A model generated the notes under the pieces. The model did no database searches, was not told where the DNA came from, and was given only the letters and a program-made list of their open reading frames with translations. Position numbers and translations under genes: made by a program. Positions 13,415 to 26,019 of a stretch of 64,000 nt of DNA are shown here, piece after piece. This stretch comes from Vicugna vicugna (Eukaryota): contig MU058000.1 in NCBI GenBank assembly GCA_013265495.1, positions 1,674,001-1,738,000 of the forward strand. Direction: 5' to 3'. Positions within the stretch are counted from its first letter, which is position 1; every line of letters begins with the position of its first letter.

Positions 13415-14073
13415 TGTGGGATCCTGTGATTGGGTTAATAAACTGTAACAGACCCCAGCCACTTGTGACCTTTAAGGAAAAACAAACGTGCTTTGCTAGC
13501 AGGCAACTATGCATCTGTACTCCTGTCTCCTTGCCATAAAAAGCAGAGATAATGCCTTTCTTGCATTGTTGAGGTTCTAGCTTAGGGCTGCTTCTGCAAT
13601 GGCAAAGCCATTGTGTGTCCCTTGCTATAAATGCCGGACACAGCTTGTTTTAAGCATAGGTCCATAGTTCAGGATTTCCTCTACTCGAGGCAAAGTGACG
13701 ACCCATGCCCTCAGCTATAAACGCTGGGCAAGCTTCCTGCTGGTTAGACAGTCTGTAACCCCCGAGACAAGGAACTGGCTGGTCTGGTGGTCAGTCTTGT
13801 AATCAACTTCTTAGATCTGAAGAATGCACCTTGTTCCCCTCCCTCCATGACTGCCCGGAGGGTAAATTAAGCCTTTGTACTGTTTTTCCCTAAGCTCCTG
13901 CATTCCAAGACACAGTTGTTTGTGATCTTTTCTTTGATTGTGCACAACAAGTATGAGAATGTTTGAGAGGCTTGAGGAGTTGGTCTCTGACTCCCTCTCG
14001 CTCTCTTGACTTTCCACAGAGTCTCGAGTCATTCATTCCGTCTCAGTGGGACTTCGGCTGGACAAAACCCACA
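13415..14073 (+). mobile_element. ERV solo LTR (ERV1-like) inserted into MIR
   Basis: Inverted termini TGTGGG...CCCACA. MIR resumes on both sides. Two gctataaa boxes. Flanks ccta/cccg may be a CpG-decayed 4-bp TSD. Orientation inferred. Confidence 0.8.
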
Positions 14074-14125
14074 CCCGCATTTACAAATGAGGGGATGTGA
14101 AGGTCCCAGAGCCAAGTATGTAGTG
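14074..14125 (-). mobile_element. MIR, right part
   Basis: cccgcatttacaaatgagg..gaaggtcccagag continues the MIR core. Confidence 0.65.
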
Positions 14126-15821
14126 GGAATGAGCTATGTAGTGGTCTCTTCCCCACTCCAGTTCATCTTCACTAAGGATCACTCAGAAGTCTATAGGGAC
14201 AAGCAGGGAACAGAAGTGCAGCTGAAAGCAGACTCTAAATTGTGTTGGGTGGGCTCCACCATAGTTACTGCCTGGTTACTTTGTCTTTTAAAATACAGCA
14301 TTTCCCAAACAATTCCTTAAGGAATAAGGGCCTCTGGTTATCAATTTCTGGCATTTTTCTCCATGTAATAATCAGTGTCACGTTATTAAAACAAATTTAG
14401 CCTTGTAGTCGTTCTGAAACCCTCACTGAGCTCTGCACTGTATTTGAGATTAAATATCTGGTTAGTTGTCCTGTACAAAAACCCTTCAGACTGCGATCTT
14501 AAATTATCTCATAGCTTCTGCTTACCTGGCAAGACAGACTGTGGTCCAACCACAATGAGCATTTGACTTTCCCTGATTAATTCTTTCCTTCACTACTACT
14601 GTGTCTCTCAAATTTCTGTTTCCTCTATCTAAAATGCTCTTTCTTTATTCCCACCCAGATGAAGCCTGTTCATCCTCTAAGATCCAAATCACACATCACT
14701 AGAATTTTATAACCATTTACAAATCATATTAAAAACACTGTGTGCAGTTAATGCTAACTCAGCATGATGAGTGTTATTCTAGCAGTGTAGACACTTACTA
14801 GGCAAGTGTAGACCCTCTGGGTCTGAACCTGAAAGGAAGCATTGTTTAAAGCAGTTTTATCTAATGAGTTTTATCCAAATAAGTGCTTGAAAAGCAAATA
14901 ATTATGTTTTCCAATTAACTTCATGTATTGTGTCTCAGTTTATCTATTTGGAAAAAGAACTTTGTTTCCCTGGAATTTCCAGAAGACAGTAGATTAATCT
15001 ATCATTGGAGCAATGAGAATCTTCATTCATACACCTCTTTGCTTTTCTGGCTTTTCTGGCTTTTCTGTCTTTGAGGACACCTGTGTGCTATCTTTTTCTT
15101 AATTTCTATGTGCAAGTTGGGTTGAAAATGAAATGTGAAATATCTAAAAATGTGAAAAACAGCATAATTCTTGTTTTGTCTGCTATTTTCTAATCAGTTT
15201 GTTGAAACACTGCCATTACATTTTTCCCTCATAGATTTCGAATAAATTACTGACCCTTTTTACATAACTTAGAAGGATCCTACTGTACAAATATAGTCAT
15301 CGCTGTAATGTAAATCACAGTTTGTAGCATACATTTGAAAATCAATTACTTCTGAAAAACTTGAAGCTTTGTTTATATTAAAACATACCAACTTAGAAAC
15401 AATTCATTTGTTGATCATGCATGTATATTGAAACAGATTTGGTAACAATAGAGGTCCAAAACTGAATTTATATATCCACCAATATTTGCAAGGATATTTT
15501 GTTTCATTTTTCCTGACAGTTCTCCCTTCCCGCCCTCCTTCTATCCTGTTCAGTGAGAGAATGTGAGGGCATAGGGATGAGAGGATGCAACAAAAGAGGG
15601 AGGAAAAAGATAACATAGTATGATGGATATTCATATATTCTGTCATCTGTGCATGTATTTATCTATGTATCTTTATGAGCTGTCTTACTGAACAGATGTA
15701 ATTCAAGAGGTTTAACCATAGAACTACCAGATTTTTTTCTCTTGTGGTCCTTTTAAATCTACTTGGAGTGAGCTACTTTTTCCTGTGCCCCATGGATACA
15801 ATTACAGATGGTCCTATAACT

Positions 15822-15916
15822 GTTTCTTTCTTTTCTTTCTTTTCTTTTTCTTTCTTTCCTTCTTTCCTTCTTTCTTTCTTTCCTTCTTTCTTTCTTTCCT
15901 TCCTTCCTTCTTTCCT

Positions 15917-15987
<71 letters not shown>

Positions 15988-16050
15988 CTCTTCCTTCCTT
16001 TCTTTCTTTCTTCCTTTCTTTCTTTCTTTCTTCCTTTCTTTCTTCTTTTT
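15822..16050. repeat. Compound (TTTC)n/(TTCC)n microsatellite
   Basis: About 230 bp of almost pure pyrimidine with a long perfect TTTC run. Confidence 0.98.
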
Positions 16051-16727
16051 CCATTATTTTCTAACTTTTTCTTTAGAAGTAATTTCCACTTAAAAATGTT
16101 GGTGACACTTGACATATTATAAATATTTCTCAGGCCACTTAAGTAATTTTCACTGAGTAATTTTGACTTAGTAATTTAAAATGACCAGTTTTACATAATT
16201 ATGAACAGGTACACTTCGATTTAGTTTAAATGCCCTTCCCAAGCTCGGGCCTGACATACGCTGGAGCCTGCAGGCTTGAAGCTGAGTATTACGAGACTCT
16301 TCTCCCTACACCCAGCACCTCTGCTCTTTTAGCTCCATTTTATTAACTGTAGTTTCAGATTTTTCAGGCTTGGCTTAAGGGAGAGGAATGTCCTTATTTG
16401 TCTAAGTTACATGAGAGTCAATTTTGGTGCTCTCTGATCTTGGCAGGTGTTTCAGATGTTTAACGTTGGCCTTCCCCTGAGTATCTTCATGAATTTTTAA
16501 GAGAGCCAATCACTTTTCTCCATACTATTTGATGCCTCTGGCTGATAGCTGTTTGGTTGATAACGTAGCAAGTCAGTTCTCATGAGTCATTTACTGCTGG
16601 GTCGGACCCAGGTACCCAGCAGTTCTCACAGCATCCTTCAGAAACCCCCTCTCACAGCCCTTCTGAATAGGCTCCAAGACAGCGTTTCTTTGGGTTTCTC
16701 TCACAAATGGCCCTCATCGAGTCCAAA

Positions 16728-16912
16728 TAGGATTGACAGATAAAATACAGGACAATCTGTTAAATTTGAATCCCTGATAAGCCAGGATTAATTGTTTAAG
16801 TATGTCACAAATGTCTCATACAACACATTATATTAAACAGATATTCTTTGTCTATCTGAAACTCAGAGTTTACTGGCACCTATACATTTACTTGCTAAGT
16901 CTGACAACCCTC
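16728..16912 (+). mobile_element. MER53 palindromic hAT-type MITE
   Basis: Termini taggattgacagat...gtctgacaaccctc. Internal gttaaatttgaat / atctgaaactcag. 8-bp TSD agtccaaa (16720-16727) / agtccaag (16913-16920). Confidence 0.88.
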
Positions 16913-17249
16913 AGTCCAAGATAGACATTCACACAATCTTTGTCCTATCAGGCTTCAGCATAAACTTGAAACAAATATCTGATTGCTTTACGATCAGTAC
17001 AACCAGCCTCTTTCTGCATTAGTCCTAGACAGGAGTCTGATACCTCACAAACTATAAGGGACACAGTAAGATCTCTAAAGGGAATTCTGAAAGAATTTCT
17101 CTTTTTGACTTGAGGTCAAGAGAGAAAGAAGGGGAAAAAAAAACTATCTCAGGACTCACAGTATATGGCAGTTTTCTCTAGTAATTCTAGTAACTTAAAA
17201 ATTCAATCTTAAAAGTCTAATAATCCTACTCTAATCTTTAATCTTTGAC

Positions 17250-17682
17250 TTTTATTTACTTTTTTTGTTTTGTTTTTGTTTTTTTGTTTTGTTTTGTTTG
17301 TTTGTGTTAATTGAAGTATAGTCAGGTACAACGTGTCAGTTTCTGGTGTACAGCATAATATCTCAGTCATGCATGTATAAACATATGTTCATTTTCATAT
17401 TCTTTTTTATTAAAGGTAATTACAAAATATTGAATATAGTTCCCTGTGCTATACAGAAGAAATTTGTTTTTTATCTATTTTTATATATAATGGTTAACCT
17501 TTGCAAATCTCAAAATCCCAAATTTATCCCTTCCCACCCCCTTTCCCTGGTAACTGTAAGATTGTTTACTATGTCTTCAAGTCTGTTTCTTTTGTATGTA
17601 AATGAGTTCATTAGTGCCCTCTTTTTTTCTTTTTCTTTTTCTATTTTTTTCAGATTCCTTATATGAATAATATCATATGGTC
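17250..17682 (-). mobile_element. 5'-truncated young L1 3' UTR
   Basis: (GTTTT)n tail, then ttgaagtatagtcagg..gtgtcagtttctggtgtacagc..gttccctgtgctatacag..agattcc; homologous to 2652-3020. Confidence 0.88.
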
Positions 17683-19186
17683 TTTTGTTGTGAGTGAGAG
17701 GTTAAGAGACACATAACTTGCCTTGGAACATGTCCTTTGAAATCCATCGTCATGATCTCTCTCCTAATTTTGAAATGTTGACCTGTGTCTTGGTACCTCA
17801 GATAAAACTTTTATTTTAACATCCTGTGACACACACAGACACACACACACATATACACTGCTCACGGTTTTACTTCTAGTTTGAAATATATATATATATG
17901 TGTGATTTAAATTTTGTATTCTATATTTGAATGATTTTCACAGTGATTTGCACGTTGCTTTATTATTTTAAATTTAGTATAAAGTAAACACTAGTTTTAA
18001 AAATATAGTAATGATTAATTAATTTATGATGAAGTAAAGGAAAACAAGATTCAAATTTTGAAAAATGTTCTTTTAAAACATTTAATGATAAAATGTTAGG
18101 TAATAAAATAACATAAAATCTTCACAGACCATATAATCCAGGAATGTTATGTATAACTTCTAAATGTTTCAAATGGTTATATATTAATGGTGGGATAGTG
18201 GATTAGTTTTGTTTGTTTTCCTTATATATTTTTTAGTAATTTAAAATTTATTATATGTTATTTTTATAATCATAAAAAAGCAAAATTATGAAGGGCATGA
18301 TGTAGACTTAATTGAATCTCAGAATAACTAAGAATCTCCTAGAATTATAGCTATATATGACTGACAATTCTAGTTTGCCTTATTGAACTTAACATTCAAC
18401 ATACATTAGTCTTCTAAGGGTAACATTACTCTTCTAAGAGTAATCTTGCAGTCACTTCTCCACAAAATTTCTATAGAAAAAGATTGTGAAAAATTCTCAG
18501 TCTTAGAACAAATCTGTATAAGGGAGTTCATGTTTCTTAGTTTCTTTTTCCTTTCTCAAAATCAAGGAGTTTATTTATTTATTTATTTAATTCAAAAGTT
18601 AACCTTTTAAAATTTTAATCTCTAATACTTTCACTTTTTCACAAATCAGACCTACACATCTTGCTACTGAATTGGAGAAACCTTACTGTGGATGATGTAG
18701 TTAGCTGCTTTTAATGACAGTGGTAGTGATTAAAATGAGTTTAAATAGGTAGAGGGAGAAGTCATGGGCTGATAGTAAAACATTGATCCAAGTGGTGGAT
18801 CCACAAAGTAAGATTTTAAGAAATATGTAAATTCCACATCTTAAATTATTGATCCTACTATCAAAAATGGTAAAAATGATTCTGAAAGATCATTTATTTT
18901 GTCTATAAACCCTATTCTGAAATCTGGAAAAGATTATTCCAGTTTTGTTTAAAATCTATCACTTGAATCTTCCAACATTTTCAGTTTGGAATTTTTCATA
19001 TACACCCAAGCTAAATTATTTTACTTCAATTCAGTCCCCCATCATTGGTCATTCAACAGAAGACAATGACAACAGTAATTACTCTCTATAACCCAGGTAT
19101 GATAATCTTGAATGCATTTGACCTCTTTGCCATCCTAGGTAGACATTAAAACAAAACAGTTTCTTACAATCATAAAAAAACTATGA

Positions 19187-19456
19187 GATATAGTAAACAA
19201 TCTTATGGTTACTGGGGAAAGGGGATGGGAAGGGATAAATTTGGGAGTTTGAGATTTACAAGCATTAGCCACTAAATATTAAAATAGATTTTAAAAAAAG
19301 TTTCTGCTATATAGCACAGGGAACTATGTTCAATATCTTGTAATAACCTTTAGTGAAAAAGAATATGAAAATTAATATATGTATGTATATGCATGACTGG
19401 GACATTATGCTGTAGACCAGAAATTGATACATTATAACTAACTGTACTTCAGTTTT
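19187..19456 (+). mobile_element. 5'-truncated young L1 3' UTR
   Basis: Reverse-complement homologue of the 17.3k copy. Probable TSD aaaaaactatga (19175-19186) / aaaaaagtatga (19457-19468). Confidence 0.88.
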
Positions 19457-19579
19457 AAAAAAGTATGAATTTTATTGATGGTTTCAAAGGCAAGAGCCAG
19501 AGTAATATTTTCTGTATTTTCTGTGATTTCATTTGTAAGGGAAGGACTAGAAAGGTTGAGAAGTGCCTCCGTCAGAAGG

Positions 19580-19750
19580 AACTGGAGGTAGATCAGTAGA
19601 GCCTGGCTTATTGCTCACCACCTGGGCACCTGGGCTGTGTTCCTGTTTCTCTAAAATAGAGGAAATAAGAATATCTCCTGATTTTACTGAGTTTCAAATC
19701 TAAAAATGTAGAGTAAAAGATTTCAATAAATTATAAAGCACTACATAAAA
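19580..19750 (+). mobile_element. MIR/MIR3 fragment
   Basis: ctgtttctctaaaatagaggaaataagaatatct..ttataaagcactacataaa. Confidence 0.5.
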
Positions 19751-20229
19751 CATTGTCCTTTTTTTCCTTCCAAAAAAAGAGCCCTGCAATTTCATGGTCA
19801 CTATAGTAGGTGAAATCTCACAGGTCTTCTTCAGTAATTGAAACTCTTTACTCAATATAATTTGAGGCGTCATCAGCTATACCTGTCCACAATCAGAATA
19901 ACTTTTCTGAAGCTACTTTAGCAGTCTCTCAGATTCAACCAGAAGATATCTATTTCTCCATTAACTATTTACTTGGGTCAACAGTTAAAGCCCTCTGTTT
20001 TCCGACAAAGGCAAATATGACCGGGAGTGGGCAGCTCCTAGGAGTGCTTACAACTTACTGAATTGAAGCCTGACAGAACTTTACTCAGATTAAGTTTTGG
20101 AAATGGATGATTCTGGGAATAGCATGAGGATCTTGGATGTCTGGTGGTGGTAGGACAAAGGAAGACCATAAAATAAGGACAAGCGAGCAACATGATGTCC
20201 AGAAGGAATATTGATTTGGTGTCGCTGAT

Positions 20230-20380
20230 TGGATGCATGAACTTGAGCAAGTCATTGAATCCCTCTGAATATTAGATTTCTCATCTTTAAAATGGGGATA
20301 AGAACATATATTCCCCCCAAAAGTTGATCATTAAATGAAATAAATTGTCTAAAGTGCTTACTAAAACTAAAATGTTTTCT
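20230..20380 (+). mobile_element. MIR SINE
   Basis: gaacttgagcaagtcattgaatccctctga..tttctcatctttaaaatggggataa. Confidence 0.8.
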
Positions 20381-20709
20381 ATAACCTGGGACACAGTACA
20401 TCATGCATTTTGATTCCCTTTCCCCCAGTAATGGTTATGGATTGTTTACTGTAGTTTAACCTCCTGTGGATGATTTTACTTGGAGCCCATCCAAAAGTTT
20501 TCAGTTATGTGAAAGTCACCTTATTTTGCCGTGAGTTCTCATAGTCAAAGTTTCCTATAACTAAGTTTCACATACTTTAATCTTTCATAAGTTGTAGCTA
20601 TGATAAATTATATTGACATCACAAGGATATTATTTGGAAGATAAAATTAGCAGTTACAACATGGTTGAAGATTAGAGTTGACACCTTATGGACTCTGAAA
20701 GGTATTGTA

Positions 20710-20760
20710 TCATGAAAGTCCAAAATAATATTTATCATCCTTCCAATGCAAAGTGATATC
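20710..20760 (-). CDS. Candidate terminal coding exon (DITLHWKDDKYYFGLS*)
   Basis: Strong acceptor tttttttttcctacag|G. Phase 0 fits the 23.5k candidate. ATTAAA at 20576-20581 (minus) lies downstream. Confidence 0.28.
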   Translation of the reverse strand, partial: DITLHWKDDKYYFGLS

Positions 20761-21764
20761 CTGTAGGAAAAAAAAATTGTACTTAAGAAAAGCACAGACT
20801 CCTTGTGTCTCATGGAAGATTAAAAACTTTCCTTCACTTCACTAGACATTGTTACTATAGGTCATATACTTTTGTCAAGTGTTGAAAACTTCAGGTAATT
20901 ATCTGTGGCTCTTAACAGGTGTCATTTATTCTTCTTCACTTTTATTCTAAGTGAAGGTTATTTCTTAATTTCTCACTGACTCTGCTAGCTCCATTGGCAT
21001 GTTCTCATTGTACATTTGGAGTCAAATAAGTTGTGAAGGAAAGTATTTGAATTAAAGTGGTGCAGTCTTCACATTTGATGGAGCAACCTCAAACGTCTAG
21101 ATCTTTTTTTTTTAACCTGAGTATTTGTTTATTGTGCACACTTGATTTGCTCAAGAAGATATTTAATAATTTATTTTCCACAGCTAAGCACTTCATACAT
21201 ACATGATCTCTATGAGGGAGAATCTGTAATAACCGAAAATTACACAAAGTACTGCTTTCAGCTTGAAATTGCCAGTTATGAAAGCAGTCCTAGATGTCTT
21301 TCCATATCAGGCAACTGGGCAGGAATGTACTTAGAATGTTCTATATGATCCTGAGCTTTATAGAGAAATCTAAATAACTCAATAAGCCTAAATAAAAAAT
21401 TCATCTCCATATTCAAATTTTATGTGCATGTCTGTATCTAGACCTATACTTACATCCCACATCTGTATTCATATCTATATACATACACACGTGCACAAAA
21501 AAATCTTCAATAGCTTATAGCACACAGTCCGAACTTACAGTTTCTGGGATTTAAGGACTTTTCCCACGTGATCTCAGCTTTCCCTTCTAATCATAGCACT
21601 CTCTCCTCCTACCAGCAATTGCATTCTGCCTGTGACAAGTGTGCTTGCCCACTGTTCTTCAGTTGTGAGCGATAAATGAGGTAATGCCTAGGTAAAGTGC
21701 TTTCAAACCAATAGCACATTATAGAGCTTATGACTATTATGATTATTATTATGTATTACCTATG

Positions 21765-22022
21765 ATCTAGGTCAAGTCTGATTTCCTCCACAAAGCCTTT
21801 CCTCACCAGCTGAGGTCACCACGATCAATCTTTATTCTGACATTCCATTGGAGGTATGGTACCTCTTATTTGCCTTTTAATGACTCATGGCCCAAAAAAA
21901 GAGTGCAGGTTCAGCAAAAAGAGAGGCCAAATTCAAAAAGAGAGGTCATTTCTCTTTAAAACTCCCACAGTGTCTGGCACAAGGTCTCACATAGAGAAAG
22001 ATAAATGCATATTTGTTGATAA
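21765..22022 (+). mobile_element. L2 3' end
   Basis: tcctccacaaagcctttcct..cccacagtgtctggcacaagg..cacatag..atatttgttga. Confidence 0.65.
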
Positions 22023-22861
22023 CTCTGTGCAATTCCGAAATGCCACTTAAGGTCTTTCAATAAACAAGTTAGTTATTTAAACAACTTAAATGTTCCACCC
22101 ATTAATATAGTTAATTGTAGTCCTTTAAAAAATAAACTTTCAGGAAGCTTCTCATGGAAAACCAATGCACAAACATCAAAAACAAAAATGCACCTGCTAC
22201 TTCTGTGATGTGCTAGGCATGTGTCAACATCTGTTCTTGTTCTAGTTACAAATGCTACTCAGTATCACACAGTTCATAGCCTCACAATTTTTTTTGCTCA
22301 ACCCAAGCTGTTAAATGCCTGAATGTGGATTAAACTGATCAGGTAGCAAACTGGCTCACATGAAGAGTTTCCTAGTATTATTTTATTTTAAAAACTTTCC
22401 ATCTTTTATGAGTAAGCATTTCTGAAAAAAAAAAAATCAATCCAGGCCATTTTATTCTTGCTGTTTTGTTTTTCTTTTAATGAGGAACTTATGAAACCAG
22501 AAATTGTATTTCATATTCAAGTGTCCCAGAGGCCTTCTTCTCTGTAGTGTATCCCCCGCCTGTTGACTTTCCAATCCATTTCCTGCTGTCACCCCCTCCC
22601 ATTGCCAAACCAATAAATAATCCTTTTAAAATGCAAATATTGATATTTAAAATAATGGAGTATCTTTTGTAAATAGAATTGTGAGATTTACAAGCAATGA
22701 AAACCCAGTCTTTGGAAATTGCTTCAATAATTCTCTGTGTTTTTTTTTTAAGCAGAGCTGCAAGGATAAAAGGAGATAGTCCTTTTGTTAACAAAAGCAC
22801 TTGTGGTTTTTTCACATATCTCTCTAGATAAAATTCAGTCCTAGTGTGGACGAGTACAGAC

Positions 22862-23017
22862 TATGTTACATATATATATATATGTAACATATATATATGT
22901 GTGTTTGAGTGTATATATATATATATTTTTTTTGGTTGATGGAGGTACTGGGGATTGAACCTAGGACCTCATGCCTGCTAAGCACCCACTGTACCACTGA
23001 GCTATAGCCCCCTCCCC
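22862..23017 (-). mobile_element. tRNA-derived SINE (camelid Vic-1-like) with A/(TA)n tail
   Basis: Minus strand reads GGGGAGGGGGCTATAGCTCAGTGGTACAG..GAGGTCCTAGGTTCAATCCCCAGTACCTCCA with pol III A and B boxes, followed by an A/AT-rich tail. Confidence 0.88.
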
Positions 23018-23431
23018 ACTAGACAACATCTTTCTAAGCAGAACATATGCTGCAGAATTATCACTAGATTGAAAACAAAGGCTTCAAACAATCTTTAAAA
23101 TTTGCCAAGTAATTTGAGATCTTTTGTTATGGATAATTAAAATATAATATCACAACTTTATCACAACTTTTAAAATAACAAATACCAATACAAATTCAAA
23201 GTTTTGGGGGGGAATTATTTCATCAGTTATTCATTATAAACTGTCTTTCATGTTCTTCATTTATCCTTTAAAACAAACAAACCTATTGGAAAAGTAGAGC
23301 TCAATACATCACTGTTTTCTGATATTTGTCTATCTTTAAGAAAGAAATTTCTACAGGGTACCAATTGTACCAAAACCCCCAGTACAATCACAAATGTGCC
23401 AGACTAGTTTCCAGACAGAAAACAGTCTTAC

Positions 23432-23543
23432 TTTCTTTGCTACTAATGCATTTCTTGTGGTTAATCTTCTTTTCATGATGTTGTCATCAGACATAGCACT
23501 GGGATCATAAATTTCACTTGACATTATTATGATGGATTGATTA
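23432..23543 (-). CDS. Candidate internal exon (NQSIIIMSSEIYDPSAMSDDNIMKRRLTTRNALVAKK)
   Basis: Acceptor gtcttag|T and donor AAA|gtaaga. 112 nt with a single open frame, in non-repetitive DNA. Confidence 0.3.
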
Positions 23544-24579
23544 CTAAGACATTGTAAATGATGTAAACATCTCAATAGCATTAAGAAGCCAAACTCAAAT
23601 GTTTATTGCAGAAGATGTGTGGTATGTCTAGACATAACAAAGCTATAAAGATCTGCAGAGAATAAAAATTAAGTTTACTCAAATTCTAATTGCAAAAATT
23701 ATGCATTAAATTGGAACAAATAACAATACTTAAAAGAGAATTAAAGTGACAATGGCAAAATCTTGAAGCTATTTGGTTATCATACATTTGAAATTGTTAA
23801 TATAGAAGTGAAGGGTGAATCAGAGGATAAAAAGTTAGCTATTTAAATAATAACCCCCAAATGTATTACAATATTATTCATACTAGCAAAAATTTACCTG
23901 GTTTGTGGTCTGTTCTAGAATTTCCATTGAACAACAGTAGTAATTTTACTTCTATTTCTGGGTTTGGTGAAGCAGAATTGTCCTGAATCAATTTCTATGA
24001 AGCTTATTTTTAATTCTTAGAAATGATCCTTTGCTTTAAACATTAGATTTTTTTTATATAAATATACATAGTGATTTATTCTTATGCAAACCAGAGGAGT
24101 TGTCCATGCATCACACTAATCTCAGTATAAAGTAATATCATTCATCAATTATACTATCTAGGGCAAAAATTAAATTTCTTGTTATTGAAACTCAATCGAA
24201 ATTTAAATAAATGTAATAATAAACTACTATTACAGTAAAATCCCTTTCCCACACACCAACACTGAGAAGATAAAAATCTTTGAAAAAGAAAAAACTAAGT
24301 CAAAACCCAACAAATGTTGGGCTACTTGAAATCAAATTCAATAAAGGATGAGCCCAGTCAGATAATCTGGACAGATGCTTGGAAAATGTTGAAATGGGAT
24401 TGTATTCTCAAGATACCCCAGAAGAGGCAGCAGCCTTATCTTGTTTTGAAAATGTAATCAGCTGTTAGTTTAGCGTTCGACAGAAATTGCTTGGGAAACA
24501 TAGTCTTGATCAAATACAACCTCAGACAATTGCATTAGGCAAATCAATCTTTTGGGACTTTGGGTATGTTTAGATGTTA

Positions 24580-24762
24580 ACGGTATGGTAGTTAACAGCT
24601 AGACTTTCTTGTTTTAAAGCCTGGTTCTGCCAGTTACTAGTTCTGTTTCCTTAAATAAGTAGTTTTATCTCTCTGCGCCTCAGTTTCCTCATAGGAAAAG
24701 CTGGAGTGTTAGGGTCCTTGTAATGTTTAAATATGTTAATATACAGAAAAGACTTAGAGTTT
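24580..24762 (+). mobile_element. MIR SINE
   Basis: cctggttctgccagttactag..ctctctgcgcctcagtttcctcat. Confidence 0.85.
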
Positions 24763-24974
24763 GCATTTTACAGCTGTTCACTCTTGCAGGTGTGACTTTT
24801 TGCCGTAGCATCTGTAACACTTTCCTTTTATGCATTTCAAAGTCTCGGGATCAAACCAGAGTTCCTCAATTGAACCACAGAACACAGAAAATAATGTTTT
24901 TTAATCCATCATCCCACAGTTTCTCCTTCCAGTTTTGTCAGTTTTTGATGCATGTGATTAGAAGGTCTTTTAAT

Positions 24975-25250
24975 GTGCCAGATACAAAATTACAAATACT
25001 GTATGATTCTACTTACATGAGGTGCCTGGAGTAGTCAGATTCACAGTCAGAAAATGGAATGGTGGTTGCCATGTGTTGGGAGGATAGTGGAGTTGGGCGT
25101 TACTGTTAATGGACACAGAGTTTCAGTTTGAGAAGATGAAAGTGTTCTGGAGATGGATGATGGTAATGGCTGTACAACAATGTGAATGTTCTAATGCCAC
25201 TGAACTAGACATTTAAAAACCATCAGAATGGTAAATTGTATATTATATAC
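24975..25250 (+). mobile_element. L1MB-like 3' end
   Basis: acaaatactgtatgattctacttacatgagg..agagtttcagtttgagaagatgaaagtgttctggagatggatgatgg. Confidence 0.88.
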
Positions 25251-25264
25251 AGTTATTTACTGTT

Positions 25265-25475
25265 GAGTGGTTCTCAGCCAGTGGTGATTTTGTCCTGCAA
25301 GATGCTTTTGACAACGTCTGGCAACACTGCTGACTGTCACACCTGAGAAGTGTTACTGGTGTCTAACAGTAGAGGACAGGGTTGTGCTAAATACCCCACA
25401 ATAAAGGGAACAGCCCCCAATAACAAGGAATCATCTGGGCCAGGATGTCAACAGTGACAAGGTTGAGAAACACTG
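25265..25475 (+). mobile_element. MER20 (hAT-Charlie)
   Basis: TIRs agtggttctca...tgagaaacactg. Internal gacaacgtctgg, acagcccccaataacaaggaatcatctgg. Confidence 0.9.
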
Positions 25476-26019
25476 CTCCAAGGCTAGGTTTGTCCTGTTA
25501 CAAAGCTATGACGTTTCCACGATCTGTACTGAAGGCTCCCGATGTCCAATGGGGTCTCTCCAACTTGACTCGTTAGCATCTCTCCCAAGCTTAGGCCTTG
25601 GAATAGGTCAGCTTTCTGCCCAGGCTGGTGTAGTTTTATCCTAAAATGACAAAATTTAGTATTCATCTAGAGAGTCAAGGCAACATCATAAAGACTTCTG
25701 GAGCTCTGTCTCAGCATTGTTTCATCCTTTGTGACTCTCTGCTCACAAATCCCAGATGCCACATCCACTTTTAGGTTTCTTTATGTTGGGTCTTTGAGTC
25801 TCCCCTGTCCCGTGCTGTGGGCTGGAAATTACCTTCCAACAAAAAGCTGAGGAGATCTTAGTGTTCACTTTTAATATTCTCCTCTAAAGGATCACATTCT
25901 TGTGCTACGTGTTGTCAGTGGTTGAAAATAGTCATTTAATGTATTTCTCCAGATTTCTAGTTAGTGACAGTGAGGCCACAAAGTTGTCTCAATTATTTCA
26001 TCCTGGCTCAAATTTGAAG

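Noticed and set aside
15744..16115. Four ORFs of 93-118 aa (K/E/R-rich or F/L/S-rich)
   Set aside because: Translations of the (TTTC)n microsatellite
22940..23017. tRNA gene
   Set aside because: Has extra 5' G-rich bases, mismatched stems and an A/TA tail, so it is a SINE
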